Both the position numbers and the translations under genes were made by a program. Below, piece after piece: positions 37,690 to 49,300 of a DNA stretch of 64,000 nt. Position 1 is the first letter of the stretch, and each line of letters begins with the position of its first letter. The DNA lies in contig CM068749.1 in assembly GCA_035084275.1 (NCBI GenBank), positions 15,872,001 to 15,936,000 on the forward strand. Reading direction: 5' to 3'. The notes below the pieces were generated by a model. It searched no databases and had not been told where the DNA came from. It saw nothing but the letters and a program-made list of their open reading frames with translations. This DNA comes from Hydrolagus colliei. Its lineage: Eukaryota.

Positions 37690-38103
37690 TGTCAGCCTGG
37701 CGCAGTGGTAATACTCTCATCTTTGAGAGAAGATTGCGGGTTGGGATTTGGAATCAGATCCAATGCAGTGCAGGGGTAGAGTGTTGTATTGACCGAGTTG
37801 CCTTCCTTCGGATGAGACGTTAAACCGAGGTCGGATCTGCCTGTTCAGGTGCAGATTAAAGATTCCATGGTACAGTACTAATCTAAAAGAGAAGGGAGTT
37901 TCTCCCGTTGTCCTGGCCAAATAAAATAGGCCACTCACTCCATGGTTGTTGGTGGGACATTGCTGCGTGCAACTGGCTGCTGCATTTCACCCACAATCAA
38001 GATACACAATCAATCCATTTTATAAATATATTCTGTGAAGCGCTTTGAGACATTGCACTAACGTGATAAGGCACTATATCAAATCCAAGGATTGTTATTA
38101 TTA
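37690..38103 (+). mobile_element. DeuSINE with complete Deu-domain and main-family-type tail
   Basis: Head GTCAGCCTGGCGCAGTGGTAATACTCTC; CTTCGGATGAGACGTTAAACCGAGG; GGAGTTTCTCCCGTTGTCCTGGCCAA; GTGGGACATTGCTGCGTGCAACTGGCTGC; tail ...TATATCAAATCCAAGGATTGTTATTATT. Confidence 0.88.
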
Positions 38104-38119
38104 TGAACCGTGCATTTCA

Positions 38120-38505
38120 TATAGCAAAGCAATGTCCCGCAAACAGTCAATAAATGCAAGTACTCTACTATTTTATTATTATTAGTTAGGTATTTGCCTT
38201 GTAGTAGGCAGCTAAACTTACGGTCAGGGTAAGGAGTTCCCTATTATTTTGAAATAGTGATATGGTTATTTTTAACCCGTTTTCTGACTTATAAAAGCTC
38301 ACATTCCATTTCCCAGAATCTGACTCTGTGTTTCAGCGCCATGGAATGCCCTCCCGACATGAAAGGTGGCATACAAAATGTAATTTGCTGTTGTTAGGTG
38401 AATAACCAATTTATTTTGGTGGATTGCTGGCCAGGACACTGGAAAATCTCCTTTCTCTTTTTGAATAGTACCATGGGATCCATAATGTCCACCTAAATAG
38501 GCAAC
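38120..38505 (-). mobile_element. Two degraded Deu-domain fragments
   Basis: AGCAATGTCCCGCAAACAG (38128) and TGGCCAGGACACTGGAAAATCTCC...ACCATGGGATCC (38428-38480). Confidence 0.55.
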
Positions 38506-39124
38506 GTCTGTTGTTGTAATATGTCTTCTGTCACCTGTTCTGCATGTATCACATTGTTGTCTGCTGTTTAACCCATTGTTTCCCATAGAGGGAGTTGAGG
38601 GTAAAAGGTGGGGGGGAGACTGGAAGTTCGATAAGTTTGATTTTAATAAACAATAAAAACTATATTCTACCCTGCAAATCTCAATATATCAGTTTTATTT
38701 TTACTTTTTCCGAAATCAACATTGTACATAATCTCATTCCTTAGCTGACACTTTGTAACCAAGGAGGCAGTATCTTCACTTCGTCTTGTTGAGATTGTGG
38801 TACTTTGTTATTTTCTTGAAGGCATCCCTAGTCTGTGCGTTAGTGAAACCTTAAAAACCCAATTGATCCCAAATGTCTTCAACTAATAACAATAGCCATG
38901 CTTTCTCACAGATATCATGTAGGGGCATCAGAAGAAATGGAATGGAAGTGCTCGGTACTGATAGTGCAGATCATGGCTGCCCCCTTCAGAAACAATTCTC
39001 TAACTAACAAAGTGTAGTTCAGTAATAGCCTTGTATCAATAAATTAATACAGCGGAAAACCTCAAAACTCAGGAGGTAGCATTGTTACCGAAATGTGGTC
39101 CTATGGACAAAATTTCAATTAATG

Positions 39125-39280
39125 ATAACAGTAATACTTGCAATTAATACAGCATCTTGGAGTCTCAAAGCGCATGACAGGATATACCGTAAAGTGTAGT
39201 GACTGTGTATTTTGTGGGTGAAACACAGCAGCCAATTGTACACAGCAGGGTCCCATAAACAGTGGGTGGATTGAGTAACC
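39125..39280 (-). mobile_element. Truncated main-family SINE
   Basis: GTCTCAAAGCGCATGACAGGATATACCGTAAAGTG...CAGCAGCCAATTGTACACAGCAGGGTCCCATAAACAG. Confidence 0.8.
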
Positions 39281-40253
39281 GGATTACCACATGATAATTT
39301 AATAACGGTTGACACAGTCCTTGAATTGCCCTAGTTTTGTCTTTAATGAAGGGATATTTTGATGTTTATCTCGTGTGTACGACAGCTGCCCTATCCTCAA
39401 CAACAGTACTCAGTTGCTGGAATGCTGCAGCCAAGAATCTACTCAGCTGCCACTGTTTAGCATATGATTTACCACAGTTAAATAAGATGGGGACGGCAAC
39501 CACCTCCAACTCGTAGAGTAAGCAACAATAATAATAATAATGATAATAATAAGCAGTGAGTAGTGGCCTTCATTATAGCAAGTGCCAGGATAAAGTAGCA
39601 GACATGTGTCTCATGGATTGGATTTCAGAGCCTCTTGAAACTGGCCTGCAGGAGAGCCAAGCCACTTGACTTTCTGGGCGCATTTCTCTGCAGGTCTCGC
39701 AGGCACCTGCTGGGTCTCATTCCAGGTTTTCTTCTAACATTCATTGCAGTAATTTGCGGCAGTATGAGAAACCTTCTGTCTGGTAGCAGCTGCGCAAGTC
39801 ACCAGTTTTGCCAATCTAGTCTCTTGCTGACGAGCAGTAACTTTAGCCTGAGAGCTGAATTGTGAGAGTGCTTGGTAATCTCTTGCATGATGAATGCTTC
39901 ACAATGCCAGCAGAGAGAGGCTGATTGTTGGGTAAAGCGCTGGCCCCATTGAGGAGCATGTCCTCAAGGTCGCACCATTCCTTTCCTCTCCAGCACATCT
40001 TGGGATTAGGCCTGTGGTGATATTCTTGTACGTTTAAAGATCAGGCTCAATCTGTTTGCTGGAATGAGCTGATCCCTCCATTGTGAGCACCTCGAGAAAT
40101 AATTGCCAATGAATTAATCAGCATTGTTTTAACCATTTAAAATTCCTGCATTTCAGAAATCCATCATAAGCTTAATGACTTGTGTTCCTCGCATGCTCTA
40201 AATCAGAGTAGTCCAACACTGTCTTCACAAAAGAAAAGGATACAGCCAATGCC

Positions 40254-41834
40254 ATGGTATTAGAGGAGAGGGTAGGAGAAATGGATAGAATAATTATAAC
40301 CAGAGAGGAAGTTCTAAAAAGGTTGACGTCGCTCAAGGTGGATAAGTCACCTGGTCCGGATGGGATGCACCCAAGGTTACTAAGTGAGGCACGGGAGCAA
40401 ATAGCAGGGACTCTGGCCACAATCTTTCAATCTTCCTTGGACACAGGGGTCGTGCCAGAGGACTGGAGGATAGATAATGTTACTCCCTTGTATAAAAAGG
40501 GGCAGAAGGACAAGCCTGCTAACTACAGACCAGTCAGTCTAACGTCGGTAGTGGGCAAACTTCTAGAGTTCATAATCAGGGACAAGGTAGATCTTCACTT
40601 AGAAAGATATAGGCTAATAAAGGACAGTCAACATGGATTTGTTAAAGGCAAATCTTGCCTTACAAATCTGATAGAATTTTTTGATGAGGTAACGGAATGG
40701 GTGGATAATGGTAGCGCAGTTGATGTAGTTTACATGGACTTTCAAAAGGCATTTGACAAAGTGCCACATGAGAGACTTATTATGAAATTAAAAGCCCATG
40801 GCGTAAAAGGGACAGTGGCAGCGTGGATCCACAACTGGCTGCGAGACAGAAAGCAGAGAGTTGTAGTGAGCGGCTGTTTTTCAGACTGGAGGGAAGTGAG
40901 CAGTGGTGTGCCACAGGGATCGGTTTTGGGACCATTGCTGTTTGTAATCTACATCAACGATCTGGACTTGGGTGTACGGAGTACAGTTTCCAAGTTTGCA
41001 GATGACACTAAGTTAGGGAGAATAGTAAATAGTGAGGAGGATAGTAGCCATCTGCAAGAGGATATAGACAAATTGGTAAAGTGGGCAGACACATGGCAGA
41101 TGAAGTTTAATGCAGAGAAGTGTGAGGTGATGCATTTTGGGAGAAGAAATGAAGGGAGGCAATATAGGCTAGATAGTACAATTTTAAATGGTGTGAAGGA
41201 ACAGAGAGACCTGGGGATTTGTGTTAGTGACTCGTTGAAGGTGGCAGGACAGGTAGACAAGGCTGTTAAGAAGGCATATGGGATACTAGGCTTTATAAAT
41301 AGGGGTATAGAGTACAAAAGTCAGGAAGTGCTGACTAACCTCTATAAGACTTTGGTGAGGCCTCAGCTGGAATACTGTGTTCAATTCTGGTCACCACACT
41401 ACAGAAAGGATGTGAAGGCATTGGAAAGGGTACAGCGAAGATTTACTAGGATGGTGCCAGTATTGAGGGACTTCAGCTATGAGCAGAGGCTAGATAGGCT
41501 AGGGTTATTCTCTCTGGAGCAGAGAAGATTGAGGGGAGACCTAATAGAGGTTTATAAGATCATGAGGGGTTTCGACAGGGCAAATAGAGAAAAACTATTT
41601 CCACTCGTGGGTGAATCTGTGACTCATGGTCACAGATTTAAAATAGTTTCAAGGCGAAGTAGAGGGGAGCTGAGGAGAATTTTTTTCACTCAGCGAGTTG
41701 TTCGAATCTGGAATGCATTGCCTGAAAAGGTGGTGGAGGCTGATTTGATAACAACTTATAAAAGGGAATTAGATATTTATTTAGGGAGAACAGGTCTATT
41801 GGGCTATGGGGAGCGGGCAGGGCAGTGGGATTGA
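40254..41834 (+). CDS. CR1 ORF2 reverse transcriptase + C-terminal domain (526 aa, endonuclease domain missing)
   Basis: Motifs KSPGPDG, NYRPVSLTS, QHGF, DFQKAFDKV, GVPQGSVLGP, FADD (catalytic), RDLG, RPQLEYC, FFTQRV..WNALP. Confidence 0.95.
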   Translation: MVLEERVGEMDRIIITREEVLKRLTSLKVDKSPGPDGMHPRLLSEAREQIAGTLATIFQSSLDTGVVPEDWRIDNVTPLYKKGQKDKPANYRPVSLTSVVGKLLEFIIRDKVDLHLERYRLIKDSQHGFVKGKSCLTNLIEFFDEVTEWVDNGSAVDVVYMDFQKAFDKVPHERLIMKLKAHGVKGTVAAWIHNWLRDRKQRVVVSGCFSDWREVSSGVPQGSVLGPLLFVIYINDLDLGVRSTVSKFADDTKLGRIVNSEEDSSHLQEDIDKLVKWADTWQMKFNAEKCEVMHFGRRNEGRQYRLDSTILNGVKEQRDLGICVSDSLKVAGQVDKAVKKAYGILGFINRGIEYKSQEVLTNLYKTLVRPQLEYCVQFWSPHYRKDVKALERVQRRFTRMVPVLRDFSYEQRLDRLGLFSLEQRRLRGDLIEVYKIMRGFDRANREKLFPLVGESVTHGHRFKIVSRRSRGELRRIFFTQRVVRIWNALPEKVVEADLITTYKRELDIYLGRTGLLGYGERAGQWD

Positions 41835-41837
41835 ATC

Positions 41838-41894
41838 GCTCTTTTCAAAGAGCCGGCACAGACTAGATGGGCCGAATGGCCTCCTTTTGTGCCG
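41838..41894 (+). other. CR1 3' UTR RNA stem-loops (RT recognition element)
   Basis: GCTCTTT/AAAGAGC hairpin, then CGGCACA...TGTGCCG enclosing GGCC-GAAT-GGCC; identical in the 46.3 kb copy. Confidence 0.8.
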
Positions 41895-42164
41895 TAAAAT
41901 TCTATGAATCTATGAATCTATGAAAACTGCGGCGTCCTTAACAACTCCCGGCTCCTGCCACTGCATATAGTGACCAGCACAAATGGAGAGAGGGGGAAGA
42001 GAGTGATTGAGAGAGAGTGTGTGAGAGGACAGAGAGAGTGTAGTTCACTGTTCGGACAGACGATCAGAATCTCCCTCAGTCGTCGTGGGCAGGACTGAGC
42101 ACAGACTCTGAGCAATGTGCCATCAATTTCCTCACAGCAAGCTCCCTCTTTCCCTAGTGAAAAA

Positions 42165-42486
42165 CTTCATTTCACCCCATCCCTACCTCTGTGACCTCCT
42201 GACTCAGCCATTCTCTCTGCCCAGCAAACACCCTCTTTCTTTATGTCCCCCCACCCCATCTGCCAATTTGTCAGCACTCTCTAGAGTTCCATCCCTGGAG
42301 TCCCTCTGACTAGTTCCCTCCCTCCTCTCTTTCAAGGCACAGCAAGGCTTAACTCTTTTACCACACTTCGGTCATCTTATCCCCTCCCCATCTCAGCTCC
42401 CTAGGCTCCCACCGCCAGTTCAGGTGCCCAACCGACAATGTCGAGATGTCCTTCCAACATGAAAAGGTGCTGCGTAAATGTTGTTA
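42165..42486 (+). mobile_element. Old L2 3' fragment
   Basis: CCCCTACCTCTGTGACCTCCT (PYLCDLL), CTCTTTCAAG...TTTTACCACACTTCGGTCA and tail CATGAAAAGGTGCTGCGTAAATG(TTG). Confidence 0.7.
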
Positions 42487-44334
42487 TGCTTCTGGAAGGA
42501 AAAACAAAATATTGTTTATGTGAACTGTGGCATTTCTCAAATAGGGAATCCGAGCTGCGGCAGCCGTAAGGTTAGACTACCCTGCTCTAAGTAATTGTTG
42601 AAGCTGGTTTAAATACCTCTTTCACATTTCCTACTTTTGCCATACTCTTGAGTTTGGTGACATCTCAAAACTGGAGAGCTCAATTTGGTTTGCTGGTGTT
42701 TTGTAACGGTAGACAGGATGGAGGAAAGCTTGTCATTTTTAGAGGACATACAGGCCAAGAACCAGCTGCTTGGCATTGAGCAAGAGTGTTGCTGTCAACA
42801 TTATTTTCACTTCAGCAGAGACGTGCTCACTCATATGTGCTACCTGTTAAATATTGACTTGGAATTGCCCTTTTTTGACAGGCTTTGTGTTAACTGTAAC
42901 TGCAAAGATAACAGCGTCCCTCAAATATTATACACTACACTCCTCCCAGGCACCAAGAAGTCACTCTGCTGTCATCTTAGCATTTGCCATGTTGAATTTC
43001 ATCCAATATCTGCCAATGAGGGCTTCAAGATTTGTGTATTTCCATAAATCTGGGGAGAATCAGATAGCATCTCGTAATGGCTGGTGGCTTTTCATGGATA
43101 TGGATGCAGTATAATATATCAATATGGTGATCTGTGGACTGTCACAAAATTATGTGGATACAGTGAATTCCAAATTCAGTAAATACTTAGGTTGGGTTGC
43201 AATGCACATGAATTAAGAATGCTTCAGCAAACTTATTTTTCGATGGACCCTTTGGTTTGATCCTCAAATCTGTGCACAAACCTAAAATGGTGGAACCTGC
43301 AAAGCCTAGCAGAAAAATAGCGATAGACCACCTAATATTTTTGTGACACAAAGCCTTGAGGTGAGCATTTCAAAAACTGCACAAAATGTTTCTTGTATGT
43401 TTGTTTCTTGCATGTTTAAAAGTCCGTGGGGGTGTCAGTTTGAATGCGCAAAAAAAAAAAAGTATGTTTCCTGACTGTGACGCTTCAGAGTTTGCTGATG
43501 GCAACGGCAGAATCAAATTCAGGGATATTTTGTTTAACAAGCCTGAAGGCAAAAAAACAAGATGCTGAAGAAACAAAGAAAGCCAGCACATGCATTATGG
43601 TAGTGGTTTTAATGAAAACCATTCCTGAAATGAACAAACTTTATCCTGTTGTCAAAGTAATTAACAAAAAGCATTCTAAACACATAACAAATTCAATGTG
43701 ACTGGGGTGAGCTATGCAATTGGGTAGACTTTATATACACACGGGTGAAGCTGGCGTGACCCATTTCACTGGGTAAGTATTGTATGCATTTAATGTAAAG
43801 AAAATCACTCATTGATACGTACTTAAGTACGCTTGTTTTTATTTAGAAATGTGCCTAATGCAACCTATTTGATTCCAAGGTTACTGATGCAAATTTAATG
43901 CCTTAGGCCCTCTGTTTTGCCCCCACTTTACCTTGTCCTCAAATTGCACCCGAAGACTTTCTTTTTTGTCCATGCCTACAGTCACCTTTTCTTTCTAGCT
44001 TTCTCTGTGTCCAAAGCGACCATTGTTCAGTGCTCCAAGACATTAACCCAAGTGAAGGGTGCAAGTCATGGTCGTACTGACTGGACCACTTTAAAATGAC
44101 AGCACATGCAATGCATTGAAGCTAATTTACCAGTAACTATTCTTTCCATCCCAGCCCTGTTCAAAAATTCCATGTCACTATCCAAGTACAGGAATTAAAT
44201 ATCAATATTGTATTTGTGTGCCAACAAACAGCAAGTATCAGAGTGAATAATAAAAATAACTTGTATTTTTATAGTATCAAACCACATCAAAATGTCGCAG
44301 CTCTTCACAAGTAATTTCTGCCAAGGGTATAACA

Positions 44335-44950
44335 AAACAGCAACAATTTATATTTATGTCGTGCCTTATGCATCAGAAGGATATCCCAAAGCACTTCCCA
44401 CCACTGACTGGGAACCAGAGCTGGTGGTCGTGTGGGGGCAGAACATGGTTGAACATATGATGTGGTAGGTTTTAAAAGTGGGGAGGAAGGAGTGAGGATG
44501 AGGGACTGGTATGGAGTTCCAGAAAGCATGGGCAGAAAGGCTAAAATCTTGCTCAACAACAATGGGGCAGATTGAACAGGGAATATAAAGCAGGCTGCTG
44601 CTCGCAGAGTGGAGAGAACAGCCAGGTCAGTAGCAGGTCACAGAGGTAAGACGGAATTATACTTTGGAGGAATTTGGCATGTGCACCTAACATGAAAGGC
44701 ACTATATAAATACAATATATTTTGCTTTTAAATATTTGAGGACGAGGATCTTGAAGTTGTTCAGCTGGTTGAAGTGGAGTCAGTGAAGTTGAGCATAAAT
44801 GTTTTGTGATAGGCTCCTGGAACCCATTGCCGAAGAGCTCTAGAGGTCTGCAGCTTGCATAGGGAATAGCTGGGATATCCAGGGAGCAGGGTGGTTGAGT
44901 CATCAATCCTGGACATAATGAAAACTTGGATCAAGGTCTTGGCAACCGAG
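44335..44950 (-). mobile_element. Old L2 ORF2 3' fragment with a nested short tail
   Basis: Minus frames give AKTLIQVFIMSRID, PSYLCDLL and a C-rich 3' UTR ending GTGCTTTGGGATATCC...AAATATAAATTGTTG; a + strand tail TGAAAGGCACTATATAAAT sits at ~44693. Confidence 0.75.
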
Positions 44951-44959
44951 GGGTAGTGC

Positions 44960-45200
44960 AATGCAATGTGGTGTGTTTTGCAACAGCAAAATCCCACAAA
45001 CCTGATTGATTAATCTGGAGAATTGTTTGCTAGGACATCTTGAGAAAATCTCTTCTCATTGTGAATAGTGTCACGGGATATCTTTTAATATCTCCCTGAA
45101 AATGGGCAGAGAGGTATCTCATCCGAAAGATAGCATCTCCAATAATGCCACGTTTCCTCCTACACTGCAATGGATTGTGAGCCTGGACTGATTTCAAGTC
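44960..45200 (-). mobile_element. Old DeuSINE fragment
   Basis: CAGCAAAATCCCACAAAC...CTAGGACATC...TCTCATCCGAAAGATAGCATCTCC. Confidence 0.65.
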
Positions 45201-45701
45201 CTGACATTATTTAGTGGTGCTGAAAAGTGAACCATTCAACAAGTACCTGATAACCTCATTCACTTGTTGTTCAGTGAGTTGACATCCCCTCTAGCCTGCG
45301 CAGCTTATTTTCTAATCGCAGGCTAGTGCACTCCAGTATTTCTGATTTCCTTTCAGCAGCTGCCTTGATACTGGCTGTATTGTGCTGATTAGTAATTTAA
45401 AAGCGAGACCACTCTGCAACCTGCTGTCTCACCTCAACCTAATTGTAGGCTTTCCTAGCTAAGTCGATCAAGTACCTGGAGCTCAGCACAAGAGTATGTT
45501 GTGCTGACAGATCAGAGGTTGCTGGACAAGATTCAACTTGCACAACTGGTGTTAGAATGCCAGTCAGTCACGCTACCTCATCAGCCGAACTCATACAAGT
45601 GCAAAGTAATGACTCACAGATTTTTCATCTTTCTGTTGAATTCATTATCAAAATTAAATTTCAATTACGTACGCTGTTGTTTTCTTCATAGGAAATAATT
45701 C

Positions 45702-45860
45702 AGGACCTAGTTTCAAGTCTCAGCTGATGACCTTTTTTTTCGACCGCGCCTTCGATCACCTTTTTCCCCCTGCCTGTGGCTTGAGCCCGGGATCCATTAT
45801 TGTGAAGTGCTCTGAGACGCCGTCCGGCATGGAGGCCGTTATATAAATTGAAGTTGTTAT
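45702..45860 (+). mobile_element. L2 3' end
   Basis: FKSQLMTFFFDRAFDH followed by GTGAAGTGCTCTGAGACGCCGTCCGGCATGGAGGCCGTTATATAAATTGAAGTTGTT. Confidence 0.85.
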
Positions 45861-45899
45861 AATTTCCCCGTTCTAATGTATGATCATTTTCAGAGATAT

Positions 45900-46695
45900 T
45901 CAGATGCATTGGCCCTGTTAATTATCCTCAGTGTAAAGAAACACTTCCTGATGCCTGTCCCATAATTGCCTTCAAAATTCTGAATTTGTATTCTCTTGAG
46001 ATGGTTTGCACAGCCTAAATTAGTTCTAAGTTTAAATTTCCTAATACTTATTAGCACTCTAGCATCTTATCCACCTCTTGATTTCCACTCGTGGGTGAAT
46101 CTGTGACTCGTGGTCACAGATTTAAAATAGTTTCAAGGCGCAGTAGAGGGGAGCTGAGGAGAAATTTTTTCACTCAGCGAGTTGTTCGAATCTGGAATGC
46201 ATTGCCTGAAAAGGTGGTGGAGGCTGATTCGATAACAACTTTTAAAAGGGAATTAGATCTTTATTTAGGGAGAATGGGTCTATTAGGCTATGGGGAGCGG
46301 GCAGGGCAGTGGGATTGAATCGCTCTTTTCAAAGAGCCGGCACAGACTAGATGGGCCGAATGGCCTCCTTTTGTGCCGTAAAATTCTATGATTCTATGAT
46401 TCTATGATTCTATGATTGAATCTCTGCTGAATCATAATTTTTCAAGGCAGTAGAGCCCCAGCATATCCAATCCTTACAGTTCATCCTCCCAGTACATTGT
46501 TCTTTTTTTGACCTGCCTTCAGGGCCTGGGTTGTCCCCATGTGCTGTAATGACTGGAATTATACACAGTACTCCTGTTATGGTCTAATCAGAGCACTGAT
46601 TGTGACTGATGAGAGCTTAACCAAGACTTCTGGGGATCTGAACACAACTAATTTTGCAATTTAGTCTGGCATCCTGTGTGCCTTCTTTGATGCTT
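45900..46695 (-). mobile_element. Old CR1-like fragment hosting a young CR1 insertion
   Basis: Minus strand AGGAAGTGTTTCTTTACACTGAGG (RKCFFTLR); homology to 5335-5778 on both sides of the insertion. Confidence 0.65.
46081..46416 (+). mobile_element. Young CR1 3' fragment, same subfamily as 40219-41924
   Basis: Nine nucleotide differences over ~300 bp versus 41597-41900, identical 3' UTR, (ATTCTATG)4 tail; ORF 46091-46318 matches the RT C-terminus. Confidence 0.97.
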
Positions 46696-46829
46696 ATTAT
46701 ATGTAAATTTACTTTACTCTGGACATAGTCCCTTCGGCCACTCAAACTCCTGAGGGAAGGTTCTGTGCAAATACTTCCTTATCTCTCAAAGTAATCAAAC
46801 AGAATATTTGTTTTGTCCCCCTATATTGA

Positions 46830-46990
46830 AACTATTCAACCTGGCCTGCTTCCTTCCACTGACATTTCCTTCCTTCCTCCTGGTCTCTTGATCCCCTCAG
46901 TCTATACCTATTGCTGTAATATTCAATCAGATATTTGTCCAGTTCCTTTTTCAATGAGTTAATCCAATGGACGTAAATGTTTCTCTGCAT
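46830..46990 (-). mobile_element. Old CR1 3' terminal fragment
   Basis: Minus frame INSLKKELDKYL...AGQVE parallels ITTFKRELDLYL...AGQWD. Confidence 0.55.
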
Positions 46991-49129
46991 TAAAAGGCAC
47001 AAAAGATATGTCTTTTCACAAAGCAATGCTTACGTGCGCATAAATATTTTTGTATGTATGCGTGTGTGTTCCTAGACATGTGCAAACTGTACATGATGTA
47101 CTGATTTTTTTAATTTGTGAGTCACTGAGTTGACTCCAATGCCTTGCATTATCACTTTGTGTGGGGAATGAGTTTCTTAAATTAAGTGTTCACTAATAAA
47201 TCTATTAATTGCCTTAAAAATGCACTTTTTGGTAAAGTTAAAAACAGTACATTGTCAGAATCTAAAATAAGCCCCCAAAACTAGAACTCTACAGAAGTCA
47301 ATTAGCATCTGAATGCTCAGTTAATGTTCGGAAGTTGGTGAAGGGTTAGCATCTGCAAATGTGTATTTTTTTTGTGTCTTGGCTCCAGATTGACCTGCTG
47401 TAGATTCCCAGCATGTACCGTTTTTTTTCCCAATAATGCATTTTTGCATTTGAGTTTTGTAAAAAAAAGTTGATAAATATCTGTCTTTAGAATGACCTAA
47501 TTGCATAACAAACGAGAGAGTTGGCTTTGTGCCCATCCGAAAGAATAATTTGGTTATCATCTTGCTATATTTTTCACACACCAGGGATCAAGATAACACT
47601 TACTTCACCATGAAGTGCCAGTATTCAGTGTATAGACAGACACCAAAAATAGATGCTGTGGATTTAAGAGTTCCATTACAGTCCCTTTCTCGCTTTCTGA
47701 GGGTAGTTTAAAATAGTAGTGGCCTGGATTAACGAAACAGAATATTGATAATTCAGTTGTAACATCTGATTTGTGACTAGTGTATTGGGCGTTACAGTAG
47801 AGACTCTTCTTCAGTTTCCGTCAAATGCAAAAAGCCCTTGCATACTTTATATGACTAGGCAATGTGTCCACCTTGAGTGTTCTTTTTGAATACAGTGGCT
47901 TTATATTCAATATTGTGGATTGAAAATGGGACTTTTTATGATTTAAAGAAATAGAACATTGATGAAACAGAAAGTTGAAATGTGGGAGTCACTCTGCTGT
48001 GTTCTGTATTGAATTTAGGGCCTCCATTTCTTCCCACAAAGGCATTGTATGATAGGCATGCAAAATTGGGGCTATCCAAAGTGATTTCAGGTATTCCTGG
48101 CATTTAACAAGAAAATTAGAGTCTGCGAAAAATCATTGCCACCGGGCCTTTGAGGTGAAACAGCTGCCGTACAAGTCTGGATTCTTTATGCAAATACCTC
48201 AAAGGAAAATCTGAGCTCTTGCTACTTTTTCCCCCCCAAGGAGAAAAAAAAAGGTTCATATTCTCTTTCACAAGATGAATATTCATCAAAAGGTTTTTGT
48301 AAAGAAACGTTGTCTGTAGCCTTTTCTCCTGCATCAGTTTACCTTAAAATAATTTCCCCAAAAGAACACTACAGAATGATCAGACAAATTCCTCTTCTTT
48401 GGTTGACTTGCTGTCGGAGGAAATATTCAGTGGTTTCCATCAGCAAAGTAGATTAAAGACAGACAGTTACTTAGGTCACATTACCTGTGGTTTTTGTTGC
48501 TAAGAATAGATATGTTCAAGCAGACATCAAATGTCTAAAACCACTCATGGGATAGGCAATGGCTTCTTTTTCTAAGCCACTTAATTTTTGTCTCCATATG
48601 AATATTTTATTATTCCTCAGAGCACTTGACATGGCTCTATGGTTCCAGTAATATACTGCGGCAGTCATTTCCATTTGGCAGAAACGCATCCAAAATATCA
48701 AGCTGTGCTCTCAAAATACAGAGAAGTAAAGGTGTTAACAGAGCTTGTTTTATTATCTGGAAAACTAATGATCCACTGAACATGGCTTTAATAGCTACAG
48801 CAGCCATAAGAAATACATTTTTGAAAAGCTTGTTTCGAATATTTGATTACTCAGCAAGACTTGGCTTAAAAAACAAATGTAATATTGCATCTGAAACACA
48901 TTTGTGCCCCATGCATCACAATGGGAAGGGTAGCTTTTAAGCACATTTACTGGCATAAAAGATGAATATGGACTATGGCTGTTTCCAGGGTTAAAATTTG
49001 AAACTGACAGACTTTAAAACAAACTACCTTTGTTACCCAGAGTCTTTTAATGTTTAAACAATACTCTGAAGGTTGTCATTTTACTTTTTAAATATAGATG
49101 ACTTTATAATCTTTTAATTAGTCAAATGT

Positions 49130-49300
49130 TCCCTATGGTGCAATGGAACCAAGTCATATGGACCATGAAGGTCTCAGGTCTATGCTCAGTGAGTTTGTCT
49201 CAGCCAAAGGAGGATGAAGTGGTGGTGGGGAGAGAATTGCCTCAAACCCCTTGGCTGCGGAGGTTTTAAAAAATTAACCAGGTTTCTCACTCCTAGTAGT
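49130..49300 (+). mobile_element. Ancient unclassified SINE-like repeat (second family)
   Basis: GAAGGTCTCAGG...TCTCAGCCAAAG...GCCTCAAACCCCTTGGCTGCGGAGG...AATTAACCAGG, colinear with 22130-22250. Confidence 0.5.

Larger units (their letters stand above)
40219..41924 (+). mobile_element. Young 5'-truncated CR1 non-LTR retrotransposon
   Basis: Starts within the conserved (S)VFTKE motif, has an uninterrupted RT ORF, a 3' UTR with stem-loop and ends in (TCTATGAA)3. Confidence 0.97.

Noticed and set aside
40172-41317. Antisense and alternate-frame ORFs overlapping the CR1 RT
   Set aside because: Shadow ORFs of the RT coding sequence.
40254-41834. Retron, group II intron, DGR or other prokaryotic RT system
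   Set aside because: Motifs, C-terminal domain, 3' stem-loop and octamer tail are diagnostic of a vertebrate CR1 LINE.
45291-45326. 10-bp inverted repeat CTAGCCTGCG/CGCAGGCTAG, and CCTGATAACT/AGTTATCAGG at 55830-55857
   Set aside because: About one or more 10-bp short-loop inverted repeats are expected by chance in 64 kb; no other support.
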